63,934 bases of DNA, filler included, from Octopus bimaculoides (GCF_001194135.2; 9 parts of 7 records of this genome joined end to end with filler, not necessarily neighbours in it), one strand, 5' to 3'. Shown: positions 35,763-49,757, counted from the first letter of the whole stretch. Notes: a model not told the origin generated them from the sequence alone. Made by a program: numbers and translations.

Positions 35763-37033
35763 CTGTTATAAAACATTCCCAACAAAAGATAATCATAAAT
35801 CAAATGTATACAAAAGGATAATTTTCACAATAAATATTATGACATTGTAATTGAGAGACACTATAACTGGTAAGGTTAGGATTCTGTACAATTGATATTA
35901 CATAGGCTGGAGTTCAAAACAACTGTTTGTGCTCTGATTCTTGCCAAAATACAATCTAGTTGATAACCTGACTTCCTATTTAGTTGTAAGATGAACATCT
36001 ACCCTAAAAACGCTAGTAACATGATGTAAATGTATACATTTGTAAAAGTTCCAACACTCACTGAGTATAAGAGGATAATGAAAATAGTAAAGAATATAAA
36101 GTATAAAATACAGTCAATGAACAAATAGAGATTGCTTTTAATAATTTACATAATGACAGCAGAAATCCCAAACCAAATCAGTCTGAGAATTTTTACTGAA
36201 AAAACTTTAATAAGTAGACAGCAATCTAATTGGTATACTTAGGTATACCAATTAATGAGGTTTCAAGAAGATAAAAGTTTCTAGTTTTATATTCTCATAT
36301 TTCTTTAAAGTAGATCAATAGCCCAACACTTAGTCATATATACTCTTAAGTGACAATAACATCATTTGTCTTTGAGATACTCTGTATATAAACAACACCA
36401 CATGTAATAGCAATACTCTTAGTCACATTGATACTCTCTTCATTAATGGGGATTTTTAAGAGATAGTCTCGATTAGAGTTCATATTTTCTTCAGACATAG
36501 AACCTATACAGAAAAATATTATAGGTATTTCTTTATCTTTATTTAACACTTTATGGATTAATGTAAAATACATCTGTATAACTGACATATAGAAATCTCC
36601 TTTCTATAAAATATGTATGAATTGTACACAAATTTTTATAATTATGCAGAAATCTTTGAAGAAGGATGAAAGGTAAAGTTGGCTTTGGTATGAGGATGAC
36701 TGCTGTGCTAACACTTCTACAAATCAACTAAAAATAATAACAGTAGTCTGGAAATATTCCTAATTTCATGTAATGCCAGATAGAAGGACTTGACTCCTTG
36801 GAAAGGAATCAAGTTAATAAATGTGGAAATATAGAACAGTAAATATGTAACTCAACTGACAGTCATTTGATACATAAAACTATTAGATCCACTTCTACCA
36901 AACAGTAGTACTATATCACATTGTTAAGTATTTTGACATGTTATGGTACACTGAAATATTTGAAGGATGTTTTAACACATTTCAAAACTCATTTCCAACA
37001 AAAGTAATAGTCCAATATCCAGAAATACAATAC

Positions 37034-37099
37034 CTGTTTCTCTACAACAATCAAGTTCATCACAGAATTTAAGCAACTAGAACTTCCCAATGTCAACTC
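37034..37099 (-). CDS. NUP188: NUP188 internal exon ELTLGSSSCLNSVMNLIVVEKQ
   Basis: tttcag acceptor and CAG|gtattg donor, phase 0/0. Resembles human EFSLGMWSCLHAVLELIDSQQQ. Confidence 0.87.
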
Positions 37100-37530
37100 C
37101 TGAAATGATTTGAAAATAGAAAAATATCAACGTCAATCATTTTTATTCTTTACTGTACAAATAATCCTTTAAACATGTCTAATTTCTCCGGTTTTACTTA
37201 TACACTGACACAATAATATCTTTAAACAATTGCATCACTCTGATTCCATCAGTGACTCATATTTCTAGTCTAGTATATCTACCTCAACACTGACATACCA
37301 CAGTACTTCAATCTATTCACTGATACACATCTCTAATTCAATATCTCCATAAAATGGAATAAATTCCTATAATATAATAAGCCTGTTCCTCTCTATTATC
37401 AGACAAATACAAAAAGATTCTTTAATATTTTTTTGCCTTTGTAAGAAGAGCAAAGGTAGTGCTTATTACTATTTTATACAACCTCTAAGACTTATTGCTT
37501 CATCTAAAAAAAAAACAAAAATAAACTTAC

Positions 37531-37650
37531 CTTCTTTCCTTGATTGTCAGGTTTTTCAAGTTTCAAGTTAAGGAACAGTTCTATAAGACCAGGCTGGGTA
37601 ACAACACACACTGACAGAAGTTCAAGAATGGCAACTTTTAGTTGTAAGTC
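37531..37650 (-). CDS. NUP188: NUP188 internal exon DLQLKVAILELLSVCVVTQPGLIELFLNLKLEKPDNQGKK
   Basis: ttttag acceptor and AAG|gtaagt donor, phase 0/0. Resembles human DMRIKVMILEFLTVAVETQPGLIELFLNL. Confidence 0.93.
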
Positions 37651-37682
37651 CTAAAATTAGAGTTTGTTTCTGATATGTATGT

Positions 37683-37730
<48 letters not shown>

Positions 37731-38032
37731 TACATACATACAGACAGATAGATATATACACACACACAGACAACTACATTTGATGAATAATATGAAAAAA
37801 ATATATATCACCTGATAAAGCAATATGAGTTTTGGGGGTTGATAAAATAAAATGCTAGTGAAGTGGAATGGCTACCATAAGTTTATGGAGTTCATTTGGC
37901 AGCTTTTTCCCACTCTTGTAATATCCAAGGTTACTAAGGTTACTGTTCTGTAACCTTACTAACATTAGATATTACAATTATTTCTAACATTTTACAAACA
38001 TGAAAATGGGTTAAAAAAAAAAAAAAACCAAC

Positions 38033-38122
38033 CTCAGTTAAAGCAGCAAGCCGAGATAACATTTTATTTCTGATGGGTTCTGCATCATTTCCCAAAATAG
38101 CAAGAATAGACATTGGAGAGAC
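38033..38122 (-). CDS. NUP188: NUP188 internal exon VSPMSILAILGNDAEPIRNKMLSRLAALTE
   Basis: acag acceptor and GAG|gttggt donor, phase 0/0. Resembles human VAPMSVYACLGNDAAAIRDAFLTRLQSKIE. Confidence 0.92.
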
Positions 38123-38943
38123 CTGTTATGAAATATAATAGCCTTTCAATTAAAATTAATGATTCAAACCATAAAATACAGCTATTCTGATGCAAAAGAC
38201 TGCATTTAATTTGAGCAGAAAAATTCCAATTAATCAAAAAGCGCATTAAGTACGAAGTTCTTAAATCACAAACCTCAACCCCTCCTCAAGGAAATGTCTC
38301 TTAAGTCATAGTTGCAGAATTTATAAACTATTTAAGGTAGGAAATGAACCCTGATATTGAAAAAAGCAGACAATTATATGTCAGTGACTAGTAATGCTAC
38401 CATTTATAGTGCTAACTCTAATATTTGTTAATCTTTTACAAGTTTACTATAAAAACAACCTTTAATGGCAATTTACATCTTCAGAGAAAGAATTTATAAC
38501 TCTTCCTTATCCCAGTTGTTTTTTTTTTTTTAATCTAAAATTCCTTGGAAATTGTGGATGATAAAATATTTAGTGTGTGAAGGAAGTGAAAATATTGGCC
38601 TTTAACATTCTGACTGAACATCTGTATGTTTTACCCCACCATATGTAAGTAATTTATTTGAGATAACTTCACTACTAAACTTAGGAAAAAGAGTTTGTAC
38701 AATTGTTCAAATTTGCACATTTTATTTTTAATGTTTTACATTCAATTTATAATGCTAATTTGGGTTAATAGGTTTCACAGATTTTAATACTGACATAATA
38801 TTTCTAGCCTGTGGCTTCACAACCAAAGACCCTTCCCACTTTTAGGATATTATACTTTATTTTGCCTAAATACATCAAACATGTCATTCAGAAATGCATT
38901 TAAACATAAAAAATAAACAAAACTTTAATCATAAGAAACTGAC

Positions 38944-39187
38944 CACAGCAAGTCGTTTGAGTAAGAGGATAGCCATTGTTGGTAGTTTAGGTGAATGTTG
39001 ATGGAATATATACTGTGCAACTGTGAGCACTATATGCTGCTCTTGTTGCCTGGCAGCTGGTAATGACAGTGCTCGCTCCACTGGGGACAAAGGTAGATCA
39101 GGAGGTTTTAGTAACAATAACCTATTCAGCACTGAGAAAGACATCTGAATCAAGTCTATCAAGTCATTACCTTTGCTTTCAGTAGAC
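38944..39187 (-). CDS. NUP188: NUP188 internal exon STESKGNDLIDLIQMSFSVLNRLLLLKPP...LPTMAILLLKRLAV
   Basis: 244-nt exon, ttttcag acceptor and GTG|gtcagt donor. Resembles human VKLAFSVTNNVIRLKPP..SPLEQAL..AKYIYHKHDPALPRLAIQLLKRLAT. Confidence 0.93.
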
Positions 39188-39400
39188 CTGAAAATACAAG
39201 GAAAAAAAGTGAATTTGGGCAAGGTTATAATCCATTCTAGTTACATAAGCATTGCTAATAAGTATATAGTTATACTGGTTGAAGATTATCTAAGGGACAT
39301 GAAATTAAGAAAAATTATAGAAAAAATGGAGAAAGAAAAAAAAAAAAAGAAATTTGGATTTAGATGTAAAATTGATTATAAATTTTGCAAAATAGCTTAC

Positions 39401-39520
39401 CATTTCTGCTCACAAGAACTGTCATTGAATGCATCAAGACCTATAGATATGACTTTCAAGAGAGACTGACCTGCTTCAGTATATAATAAATTATGCACGC
39501 ACATTTCTTGTAGACTGGGT
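39401..39520 (-). CDS. NUP188: NUP188 internal exon PSLQEMCVHNLLYTEAGQSLLKVISIGLDAFNDSSCEQK
   Basis: ttttcag acceptor and TG|gtaagc donor, phase 2/2. Resembles human PSLQFLCICSLAYTEAGQTVINIMGIGVD. Confidence 0.92.
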
Positions 39521-39716
39521 CTGAAAATAGAAAAAGCACTTCCATTGTCTAACGGTTTCTTGTAATCAATTTATCAAAACGATACAATGACTTGGTTACT
39601 TATTAAGAGAAGAGTAAACATGTAAAGAGAGAAAACACGCGTGTGCACGTGCGCACACACACACACAGAGACAGAGTGAAAAGTTTTCAATTCAATAAAA
39701 TTAAGCTTTATCTTAC

Positions 39717-39792
39717 AATTTTTTTGTTTGATCAATTTTAGGTTTAGCCATAACATCCAGAATATTGTGAAAAATCTCCAGGCATTTGTGAC
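39717..39792 (-). CDS. NUP188: NUP188 internal exon (G)HKCLEIFHNILDVMAKPKIDQTKK
   Basis: cttag acceptor and TT|gtaaga donor, phase 1/2, in frame with both neighbours. Resembles human GCLILELIHAILNL. Confidence 0.85.
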
Positions 39793-40272
39793 CTAAGATA
39801 GAATATCATAGTTGACATAAAATATTTTTAGCAGAATATGACAGACATGTCTAATTTAAATAATCAACTTTTTATAAAATGTCAGCTATATTTTTTATAT
39901 AAAATCTAACATTATAAGAATTCAAATATTCCCTTAAGAACTATACATTCACAGAATTTACCATTTTCTCTGTGGATTAATATATAATGTGAATACAGAA
40001 AGCATTAATAATTATTTTATGTGCTAAAAATTTGTATTAAATAAAGTAAAGGCTTTTGATTTTCTTTTCATTTCTACAATTTAGCAATTTATTTTTATGT
40101 ATTTCGCAAGTGTTACTAAAATATTCCTCACTTCTCATCTGTATAAGTAGAATAGCATCAAAAGTCCAGAACTATTTTGTTATGAAGAATAACTTTTACA
40201 CTAAACTTTATGAAAAGAAGGGATTATTTTTAAATATAAAAAATTGATTTCAGTTATTTAAGCTCTAATTAC

Positions 40273-40393
40273 CTATAGCTTCTCTTCTGGTGGCATTATA
40301 ATATCTCCATTTATAGAATGATGGGAATACTTCTGTCAGGATGAATAGTACTGTTGCTGACATTTCATTGTCAACAGGGAGCTGACTCAGTTC
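40273..40393 (-). CDS. NUP188: NUP188 internal exon ELSQLPVDNEMSATVLFILTEVFPSFYKWRYYNATRREAI(G)
   Basis: ttttccag acceptor and G|gtaatt donor, phase 0/1. Resembles human MFVLKEMLPSYHKWRYNSHGVREQIG. Confidence 0.9.
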
Positions 40394-40805
40394 CTGGAAA
40401 AAGAAATTGATGGAAGTGAATTTAGCAGCATTTTAATCTTTATTTTAAAAGCTCTCAACAGAATATATTAATATGAATATATGAATTTTGTTTAATTTGT
40501 GATACTAAAATCTAACAGGTTCTCTACAACCATACGAAAGAAATGTGTAACTTCTAATACAAATTTATTCATGTGTAAGGTGAACGAGGATTACATTTCT
40601 GAAACAAGGATTCATTCAATCTATTTAAAGTGGCTGGCAGAATTAGTAGAGCATGGGACAAAATCATTTGGCATATTTGGTTATTTACTTTTACAACTTC
40701 AAATTCCACTCAAGCCACTTTGTCTTTCACACATCATTGGTTGATAATTTAATTATCAATAATTATTAAAACAGTACTGGGCCAAATGTAATCAAGGACA
40801 TTATA

Positions 40806-41295
40806 CAGGGTGTCCATAAAGTCTCTTTACCATTTCAAAACTTTATTACAAATGCAATTGATAAGATATTTTATTCAGATTTGTTCTATTGTATTCAGTG
40901 TTTATTAAAATTTTTTTTTACCTCATTTAATACACTTCTACATGGGCACCATTAGTTGCACGAAGCACATCAAGACGTTACTCGATTTCTTGCCATGTTT
41001 GCTGTAGCATAGCCTCATCAGTTGTGGCAATGGCATCAGTAATCTTTTGCTTTAGGTCAGTAATGTCCCGTATCCTTGATCGATACACGATATCTTTAAC
41101 AAGGCCCCATAGAAAGAAGTCCTGGGGAGTGATATCTGGCGGCCAAGGAATTGGCCCATCCCTCCCAATCCACCGGGATGTGATTAAAAACTTTAGTAAA
41201 CACTGAATACAGTAGAATAAATCTGAATAAAATATCTTATCAATTGCTTTTGTAATATTTTTTTTAGGTGGTAAAGAGACTTTATGGACACCCTA
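40806..41295 (-). mobile_element. Tc1/mariner (maT/DD37D-like) MITE with a transposase C-terminal remnant
   Basis: About 110-bp inverted arms starting CAGGGTGTCCATAAAGTCTC, TA flanks. WIGRDGPIPWPPDITPQDFFLWGLVKDIVY..GAHVEVY*. Confidence 0.85.
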
Positions 41296-41742
41296 TAGAA
41301 GGTGGTGCCCCAGCATGGCTACAATCCAGCGACTGAAACCAATAAAGAAGCCATCAGTATCATTTTATATTTGCTTTCTATGCTGGAATGCTATGGATGG
41401 ATTGTTATGACCTGAGTCATTTCTTATTCAGAGTTACTACCCTCCTAGATTTGATAGAAGGCCACATTTTACTTCTATGTTACATTTCAGCTTGCTTTTT
41501 GCAGATGGATGCCCTTTCTAACAGCAACCACTTTACAGAATGTACTAAGTACCACCTTCATATTAGACTAAACAATGTTATAGTTTTTAGTAAACCAAAA
41601 GATACATGTCAAACTCTGAAGAATATTTTGCTGCTGCAATGATGCTAAATAATTATATATAAACCATACATATAATGCTTACAATCATTAATGAACAAAA
41701 ATGAGTGTTCAAAATATTTTGATAATAATAATTGAAATTTAC

Positions 41743-41857
41743 CATTAATGTGCTAGAAATAAAGTTTAGAAATGCTAATGAAAGTGGATATCTTCCTTGA
41801 GAGCACTCAATACCAGCCAGTAAGGTTCCATACATCCCAGGACGTAAACCTTGAGCG
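41743..41857 (-). CDS. NUP188: NUP188 internal exon AQGLRPGMYGTLLAGIECSQGRYPLSLAFLNFISSTLM
   Basis: tttttacag acceptor and ATG|gtaaat donor, phase 2/0. Resembles human AEGMNAGGYGNLLMNSEQPQGEYGVTIAFLRLITTLVK. Confidence 0.9.
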
Positions 41858-43257
41858 CTGTAAAAATAAGAAATATATGTAGAATTGAGTAAAAATACAA
41901 GAAAACATTTGAGAAATAATAGTGTCCAGATAAATATATTGTAAAAATCTACATTGACTACAAAGTAGTTTTATATAATTCTTATCAGGATAGTAGCAGA
42001 AAAGTAGAGAATGAGACTGAAGTTGTGCATTTAGTGTTGTATCTGTCATCCATTGTAATTTTAATTCTTGGTGAGGTTTTAAACAGAAACTATCAGACAT
42101 TCTGAAATCATTTTAATCAACTATATAACCTGCCCCCTCACAGATCAGTGGTTGTGTCCCAAAAAACATTTTACCATGAGACAATAATATAAATCTATAA
42201 AGCCAATCCATTCATAGTCTGAGGAAGGCATAGGTGTACAGCAAGAGAGGCAACTCCCACCCTCCATCTCTCTCAGTCATCAGTTAACTACATATTTTCC
42301 ACCATCCTCCCTGCTCTGTTTGTTTTGATGTTGCTCAACCACTTCTGTGCAGTCTTCCAATACCTCATACTGGTAGTATGTTCACACATCACTGCTAGCA
42401 GTAATATGTCACTTTCTGCGTTTTAATAATTGACAGGAAAATTTCATGGTTTGTAATCTTTCCAATAATTTCTATTTAATGAGAAACATCTTTTTAAAAC
42501 ATTTCATTTTAAAAGCCATAATCTTTTTCTTATTTTCCAGTAACTAGAGTTCAAAGAAATTACTATTGTTCTTAAAAAAAAGAAAAGAATAATTATTGCT
42601 ATAATAATTTTATATATTATCCAAGAAGGTCTAATATAGCGAAGTTCACAGAGGTTGTTGTGATTTAGTATACTTCTTTATTATTGTTCTTCCCAAATAT
42701 TTTAAGTCATCAACTTGTTTGATTTTTTAATTGGATTGCTTATTTTCTGCTTGTTTGTACTGGTTATCATTATTTTTCTATAGATTAGTATTATTTTGCT
42801 TTTCCAGCATTCATTTCCCAAAGACCACCTCATGAAGGCTGGAAGGTATATCAGTCAAAACATCAAATATCCATCAAATGTAAATAATGTAAATAAAAGT
42901 TACTTCCCCTCTAATTAAGGACTAAAGCAACCACAGCAAAATAATCTTGCATTCTCTTCATTGAGAATGGAAATGGTCGTTCTACTTTCATTCAACTTAT
43001 AACAACAAACACATTTTAGTTGAAAGAAACTCCAAATTGCAGTATTTCTTTCTAGCAGATCACCTTTGTTGATTTCACTTCTTGGTTTATCATTATTATT
43101 ATTATTATTATTATTACTACTTTCTGTCGAGGTCAACTTTAACTTTCATCCTTTTGGGGTCAATAAACTAAGGGCCAGTGAAACACTGGAGTCAATGTAA
43201 TCTACTTGTCCCCTCCCTCAAAATTTCAGGCCTTGTGCCTTTAATAGAAAGGATTAT

Positions 43258-43410
43258 TTTTATATGGCTTTTGCTTTGTATTTGTACAAGCTGACTCCAA
43301 GTCTCATCCAGAGACCTCAAGAGAGAGCAAGATTCGTGCCATGACTAGGGTACCATATTTTTGGTTTTGCATAGAGTGTTGTTCTAGAGAATGTCTGTCA
43401 AGACTCAAGA
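43258..43410 (-). mobile_element. Dong-type 3' UTR fragment in a NUP188 intron
   Basis: Reverse complement matches 19860-20010. Confidence 0.5.
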
Positions 43411-43924
43411 AAATTAGAAGTTTGTTTTAAAAGTAATTTGATTATAAGGTGATAGTGTGATCTTAAGATGACAGTAAAAGATGTTTGCTATTATATACAT
43501 TTAAAAGTACTTTTGACAATGTTTACAGATTAAAATGATTTGGGAATTACATAGACAACATTTTTCATAGGATATGAGCAATTCTCATAAGCACTATTTT
43601 TTAAATTTCTTCCATTTCTGGATTTCGTGGTATCTGAGATAGGTAGCAATCAGCCCCTTTTGCTATCATTCTTAGGACACCTATGACAACAGTTATTATT
43701 TTAGTCTTCATGAAGGCAGTGAGCTGGCAGAATCGGTAGCATGCCAGATGAAATATGTTCTGAGCTCAAATTATGCTGAGGTCAACTTTGCCTTTCATCC
43801 TTTAGGGTCAATAAAATTGGTACCAGTTATGCAGTGGGGTTGATGTAATCGACTTCATCCCTTCCCCCAAATACGAGGCCTTGTGCTTCCAGCAGAAAGG
43901 ATTTAGTCTTTATTATTATTATTA

Positions 43925-44600
43925 TATTATTATTATTTATGGTTTTCTTTCATTATAACTTTATTTCAGCTACCTTAGTACCGGGCATCCTTCTGAGGCC
44001 AAGAGTAGCAAGGGCACTTTTGTTTTGCTATGCATGCTAAAATTATCACCACATTTATTCCATTTTAGATGGAGACCGCTCTCCATAGTCTATGGGCTGT
44101 ACCAATCAAGGTTCACAGAGATAGGAGTTTCCAGGGAGTTGCTTAACATACTTCTCAGCCCCTTTCTTTATCATTCCCAACCTACCAATTACTATTGGTA
44201 TTATTGTAGTATTAAGCTTCTACATTTTTGTGATTTCAATTTGCAGATCTTTATTGTGAGAAAGCTTTTTGTATTTCTTTCTTGAGACATTTTGATCTTG
44301 TGGGACAGACATATCTAGTAACAGACAAATTCCTCTGTTGTAGTCCTTGATCACAATATCTGGTCAATTGAAGTCAATTTATCTGTCTGTTTGTATTGAG
44401 AAGTTCCAAAGGATGGTGATGCCCTTGCCATTTACTACATCCTCTGGATGGTGCCTGAACCACTTATCATGAGATTTAATTTTGTAGTATTTACAAGCAT
44501 TCCAGTGGATGTACTGCCCTAGTCTGTCATGTCTTATGAGGTACTCCTTTTCAGCAAGGACTGGGCAACCAGAAACAACATGATCAATTGTCTCTTATAT
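43925..44600 (-). mobile_element. Dong-type 3' fragment, same family as 16966-18918
   Basis: IDHVVSGCPVLAEKEYLIRHDRLGQYIHWNACK..PDIVIKD. The 3' UTR is near-identical to 18800-18918 and ends in an (AAT)-like tract. Confidence 0.8.
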
Positions 44601-47600
44601 TTATTATTGTTGTAATAGAAAATGGTTGCTTTTATTCCATATGATATTACTGTTTTATCCCAACTTGTACTTCACAAACTTTTGGAAGTAAGTATGCTGT
44701 TTACCATTGTAAATGACAGTATCACTTAGGCCAGTAGATGTCTACCTTCTGATGGCACATACAGAAAAGTAAGAGAACATGTGTGTGTGTGTGTGTGTGG
44801 TGTGTATGTCACATCCATTTTCCCAAGCTCACATAGGTCAGATGGAATTTATGGAGGCGAATTTTCAATGGCTTGATGCCCTTCCTGTCACAAATTCTTG
44901 AGATAATATTCCCTTTGACTAGATATATTTTAATGGAAGACTGAAAACAAAGGACAATTTGCATGACAGTGACACTCATTTTCAATTACTATGTGATGTC
45001 AAAGCAAGGAGAGAGTAACAAACACCCACCTACCCACCCACTGCACACATGATGGGCTTCTTTCTGTTTCTGTCAACCAAATTCAATCACAAGGTTTTAA
45101 TTGGCCCACAGCTATAGTAGTAGACACTTTCCCAAAGGCAAGTGGGACTAAATCTGGAACCAAGTGGTTGGGAAACAAACTTTTTATGACACAGCCATGC
45201 CAGTTCATATTCTTGTTGTCTCCACATCCTTTTTCTTTTAACATCATTAAATATTGNNNNNNNNNNNNNNNNNNNNNNNNNNNNNNNNNNNNNNNNNNNN
45301 NNNNNNNNNNNNNNNNNNNNNNNNNNNNNNNNNNNNNNNNNNNNNNNNNNNNNNNNNNNNNNNNNNNNNNNNNNNNNNNNNNNNNNNNNNNNNNNNNNNN
45401 NNNNNNNNNNNCAAATATTCAAACAACCGTGATTTTGTCATTTGATTGTACCCATGCTGGGGCATCACCTTCAAATGGTTTTAGTTGATTATACTAATTC
45501 CAATAATTGTGTTATACTTAGTTTGTCAACTCCTAAGGTAGAATAGCAACTTGACTGTAAAATAGTAACTGATATTGAACTAAATATAAAGCATTTTTGT
45601 TTGTGACTGATCTTCCCATTGCTCACCAATATACATTATTATCATCACCTTTTAATACTTGTCTTCCATGCTGGCATGGGTTAGACCTCCTGGCATATAT
45701 GTGCATGTATGCATGCACACACACACACACACACACTAACAAATGATATGATGGACTCACGTTGATTTCAGTGAATAAGTGTCCAGTTGTTTGCTCAAAA
45801 GGATAACTTACTCATTCAATTAACATGTGCAGTGTCTGGATATTCCATAGACATATGTACCCTTAATGTAAATTTTGGGCATAATCAGTATGACATTATG
45901 TGGCAAAGCTGGACATTTGAATTACAGGTGCAGATGGGTGTCTACAGTTTCCATCTACCTAAATCTATTCATACAATTTGGGCTGACTTATGACACAATA
46001 GAAACACTCGCCTAAAATGCTACATAGCAGGATCAAACATGGTTGCAAAGCGAACATCTTAACCACTCAGCTATGACAACAACAACAACAACAACACTGT
46101 CATTGTCATCATCATTTTAATGCTCACTTTTCTGTGCTTGGATGGATCAGAAGGAATTTGTTGAGGTAGATTTTCTATGGTTGGATGCCCTTCCTGTTGT
46201 AAACCTTTACTGGTTTCTAAGCAATGTAATACTTCTTCATGACCAGACAGGGTTATCAGGGAAGAATGGAAATGAACAGCACCACTTGTATGGCAGTGAT
46301 ACTCATTTATAACCATCATGTGATATCAAGACAAGGATACACACAAACACATCCACATACATGTGTGTGTACACACACATGCACAACAGGTTTCTTTTCA
46401 GTTTCCATTTATCAAATCCACTCACAAGGCTTTGGCTGGCCTGAGGCTGTAGAAGAATATTCTTGCCGAATATGCCACAGTGGGACTGAACCTGGGATTA
46501 TAGAGTTGGGAAAATAATCTGCTTAAACACACTGGCCCAAGGTGGCTCAAGGTGCACGCAGTAGAATCAAACCTTGCACAATCTAGCTGCAAAGCAAATT
46601 GCTTAACCATGCATTCATGCTATTTTAAAATTTAAAATTGCTAAATCTAAGTCTCTCAAAGTCATTAGAATGTTCCTTAATTTGTTACTGAAGAAAAATA
46701 TATACTAAAGCCAAAAGAGGTTATTAAAGTCTGGTGTATACATTTATATGACATTAGTATAACTTTAAAAAAAATTCATATATAAGTACAGTGTATATAA
46801 TGTTTCCCAACACAACTACCACTCTTCTAACATTAAAAGGTGAAAACAGGCCCTGTCTCCTCCCTCTCACTCTCTCATTACTTCAATGTCAGCCAGAAAT
46901 TCTAAATGAAATCAGATAGTATATTAATTACAGCAAAGTAAATAACTGAAGATAATTTTTATGGCCATACAAAGAATTAAGTAAATTTTGGTTAGAGTAG
47001 GAAAAAAGTATGAGACTAAACATTCCCAGATGGTGACTTTCAGAGTGGAAAAACCCTGAGGGTATCCATTAAACATTTTGTACACATTTTATCTATAAGA
47101 TATTCTATAACTAAATACATTTATTGCCAAATTCTAAATATATTATTTTTTATTGGTTTGCTTAGAATTTTTTTTTATTTATATAATCATAATGTTATTC
47201 TTTACTGGTCTACTTTCAATATGTTGCTCAAACCACTTAACTATTCTGTAGCATTTTCCCCAGATAGAATATCATTGAAGCACATGCCTATATCGATACA
47301 CTTCAAAATGTGACACCCTGGGGAAGAAAGTCTTCATAAACCTGGATATCAAGAAGACCTCTATAGTAAACAGTCTATAGTTTGGAGAGGCTATTGTCTG
47401 AGGTGCTGCTAAATGCTTTCCTCTATACAGCGGAGTGGAGAGCCAATCGTCAAGCCAGGAAACATGGCTCAGCCTTTATTATACATGGATATATTTCTAT
47501 AAACTGTTTATAGGTATTATACTATGTTTTGTTTAACAGATAACTGATATTAAATTGAAATTTTATGTTATAATTCATATTGACAGTGTTTACATCTATT

Positions 47601-48865
47601 AAACATTTTTATTACAATGTTTTTTCTTGTTTAACAGACATCTGATATTTTATAGAAATTTAATGTTATAATTCAGATTAATATGATTTGAACAATAAAA
47701 CATTATATAAGAGTAATTAAACTGATTCAAACACTCACTTGGTAATTTAATATTTTATTTATCTAGTTTCTTATTTAAAAATGCCATTGCAGTGAATTAA
47801 TAATCTGGAGAAAAAAATTGTTACTTGGAATTCATTTAACAAAATTAGGAGCAATTTTTACACAGGATAGAAATAAACTGAAAACTTATATTTGTCATAT
47901 TAAGAGATTTCCTATACTTCACAAATAACTTTACTTGTTCATTAGAATCATTTGATTCAAAATTGTAAATTTTATTAGTTATTTTATGGTTGAATTTTAC
48001 TTATTGCTGAGTCAGAGAGTATGCCCTAAATGTGTGCTGAACTAAATCTCTTTTCCTACAATTTTTAAAGAGGAAGTCAAATGCTAAAAGAGTAGCTCGC
48101 CTACAAGAAGCTTGTTCTGTTCTGGCATCCTTCTCTCATACTTTAACCTTTCATCTCCTAGCATAAAGCACTCTCTACTGTAGTCCCACTTAATCAAAGG
48201 AAATCTTAGTCATGCAAGCTGCATGGCAACCTCATCAGTTCTGGTGCCATGAAAAATGCATCCAGTACACTGTACAGTGGTTGGTGCTAGGAAGGGTATT
48301 CAGATGTAGAAACCATGTCAAAGCAGACATTGGAACATGTTGCAGTCTTTAGACCTGGAGATCTTGGCAAACTATTCAACCCATGCCAGCATAGAAGATG
48401 GATGTTAAAAAATGACAACAATAATGATGATGATAATAATGATATATTAGGCATATTCAATATTCAAAGGTTGATTATATTTGAGTTGTAGACTGATATG
48501 AGAAGAAACGTCTGCTACTTTTTGCTGATCATGACCATGATCAGCAACACAAACAACTGTTTATGATCAAATTTCCAAATTAGGATTGAAACTCCTATTA
48601 ATTCAATAGTATATGCAAAACATAACATAAACTCAAAACTGAATGCTTATTGGTAGTGAGTAGTATCCTTAACTAAGGTACTTTAGTTCATTTGTCTTAA
48701 CTAACCTGGCTAAAAATAGATCAGTTATTAAGGTAATTGAATTAAAATGGGTGATAAAAGTTAGAAATCTCATTTTTTCTTTTACTGAAATTGGGAATAA
48801 TTTAAGTAGACAGATTAAATACTAAAGAAGACATAGAAATTGTGATTGAATTACAAGGAACTTAC

Positions 48866-48942
48866 TTGAAAATATCATCTCTTTTCCCCAGGTATTCACT
48901 AAAGTATGGCAATAATCCTGTTTGTTTCATATTTAGCCAAAC
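48866..48942 (-). CDS. NUP188: NUP188 internal exon VWLNMKQTGLLPYFSEYLGKRDDIF
   Basis: aag|GTT acceptor and AA|gtaagt donor, phase 0/2. Resembles human VWTDLRHTGFLPF. Confidence 0.88.
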
Positions 48943-49538
48943 CTTCAAATGACAGAAAATATCACATGAAATAGAATAACATTAGCCATAGCAATAATGA
49001 ATGAATATATTTACTTCACTTAACTCAGGTTTCTATAGCAAGTGGGAGATGAGTGGTAAACCCTCTCCATTTCTATATACTACAGGTAAGTTTTCACAGA
49101 AAGCTTGATGCCAATTCTCCATAAATGATAAACTGAGATGAAAAGGATGTCTTAAGATGGGTAATGTAAAGGAAGACCTCTAAAATGCTGTGAGAACTCT
49201 GGCCAGTGGTAACAATTTCATTGTGAATTAAACAGTTATGATACTAGTGTTAATTCACCAAGAGTTCTTAGTTGGGAAGGACTATATGTAGCAAAGATAA
49301 CTGGAAATAATTTAAATTTCTAGATTATGAGATGCATATTTTAGCACCTAACCTTTGATTGTTATCAGCTGAATAAAGATTTAAATTATTACTACAATTG
49401 TTCATTCTCGAAATTTAAACGTTTGTAGAATATTTTATACTTTTATAATAGCAGTAACTGTTGGCATTTTATTCTATTTATGTTTTAACTTTTACACTTA
49501 AATAATCTATAAAGCGATCAAAGACATCCTTTACTTAA

Positions 49539-49757
49539 CCCTTTCATTACTGTATTTATTTTGAGATGCTCTGTGTTTCTTTCAATTACTTTAAATATAG
49601 CAAAGAATTTAGTGAATTACTTAGTTATCATTCAGCTAGTGTTAGGAACATAAATTGTAACTAAAGTTTGGTGGAAGATTTTAATTAAAAACTTATGGAA
49701 ATAAGACATTTGTACTCAGAGCCAGAGCCGGTTTCTGCCGGGCTGATAACGAAAGGG
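49539..49757. mobile_element. piggyBac-type MITE
   Basis: TTAA|CCCTTTCATTA ... TAACGAAAGGG|TTAA. Confidence 0.85.

Noticed and set aside
36346-36588. 80-aa ORF inside a NUP188 intron
   Set aside because: It is AT-rich, has no recognisable similarity and is not needed for exon phase continuity.
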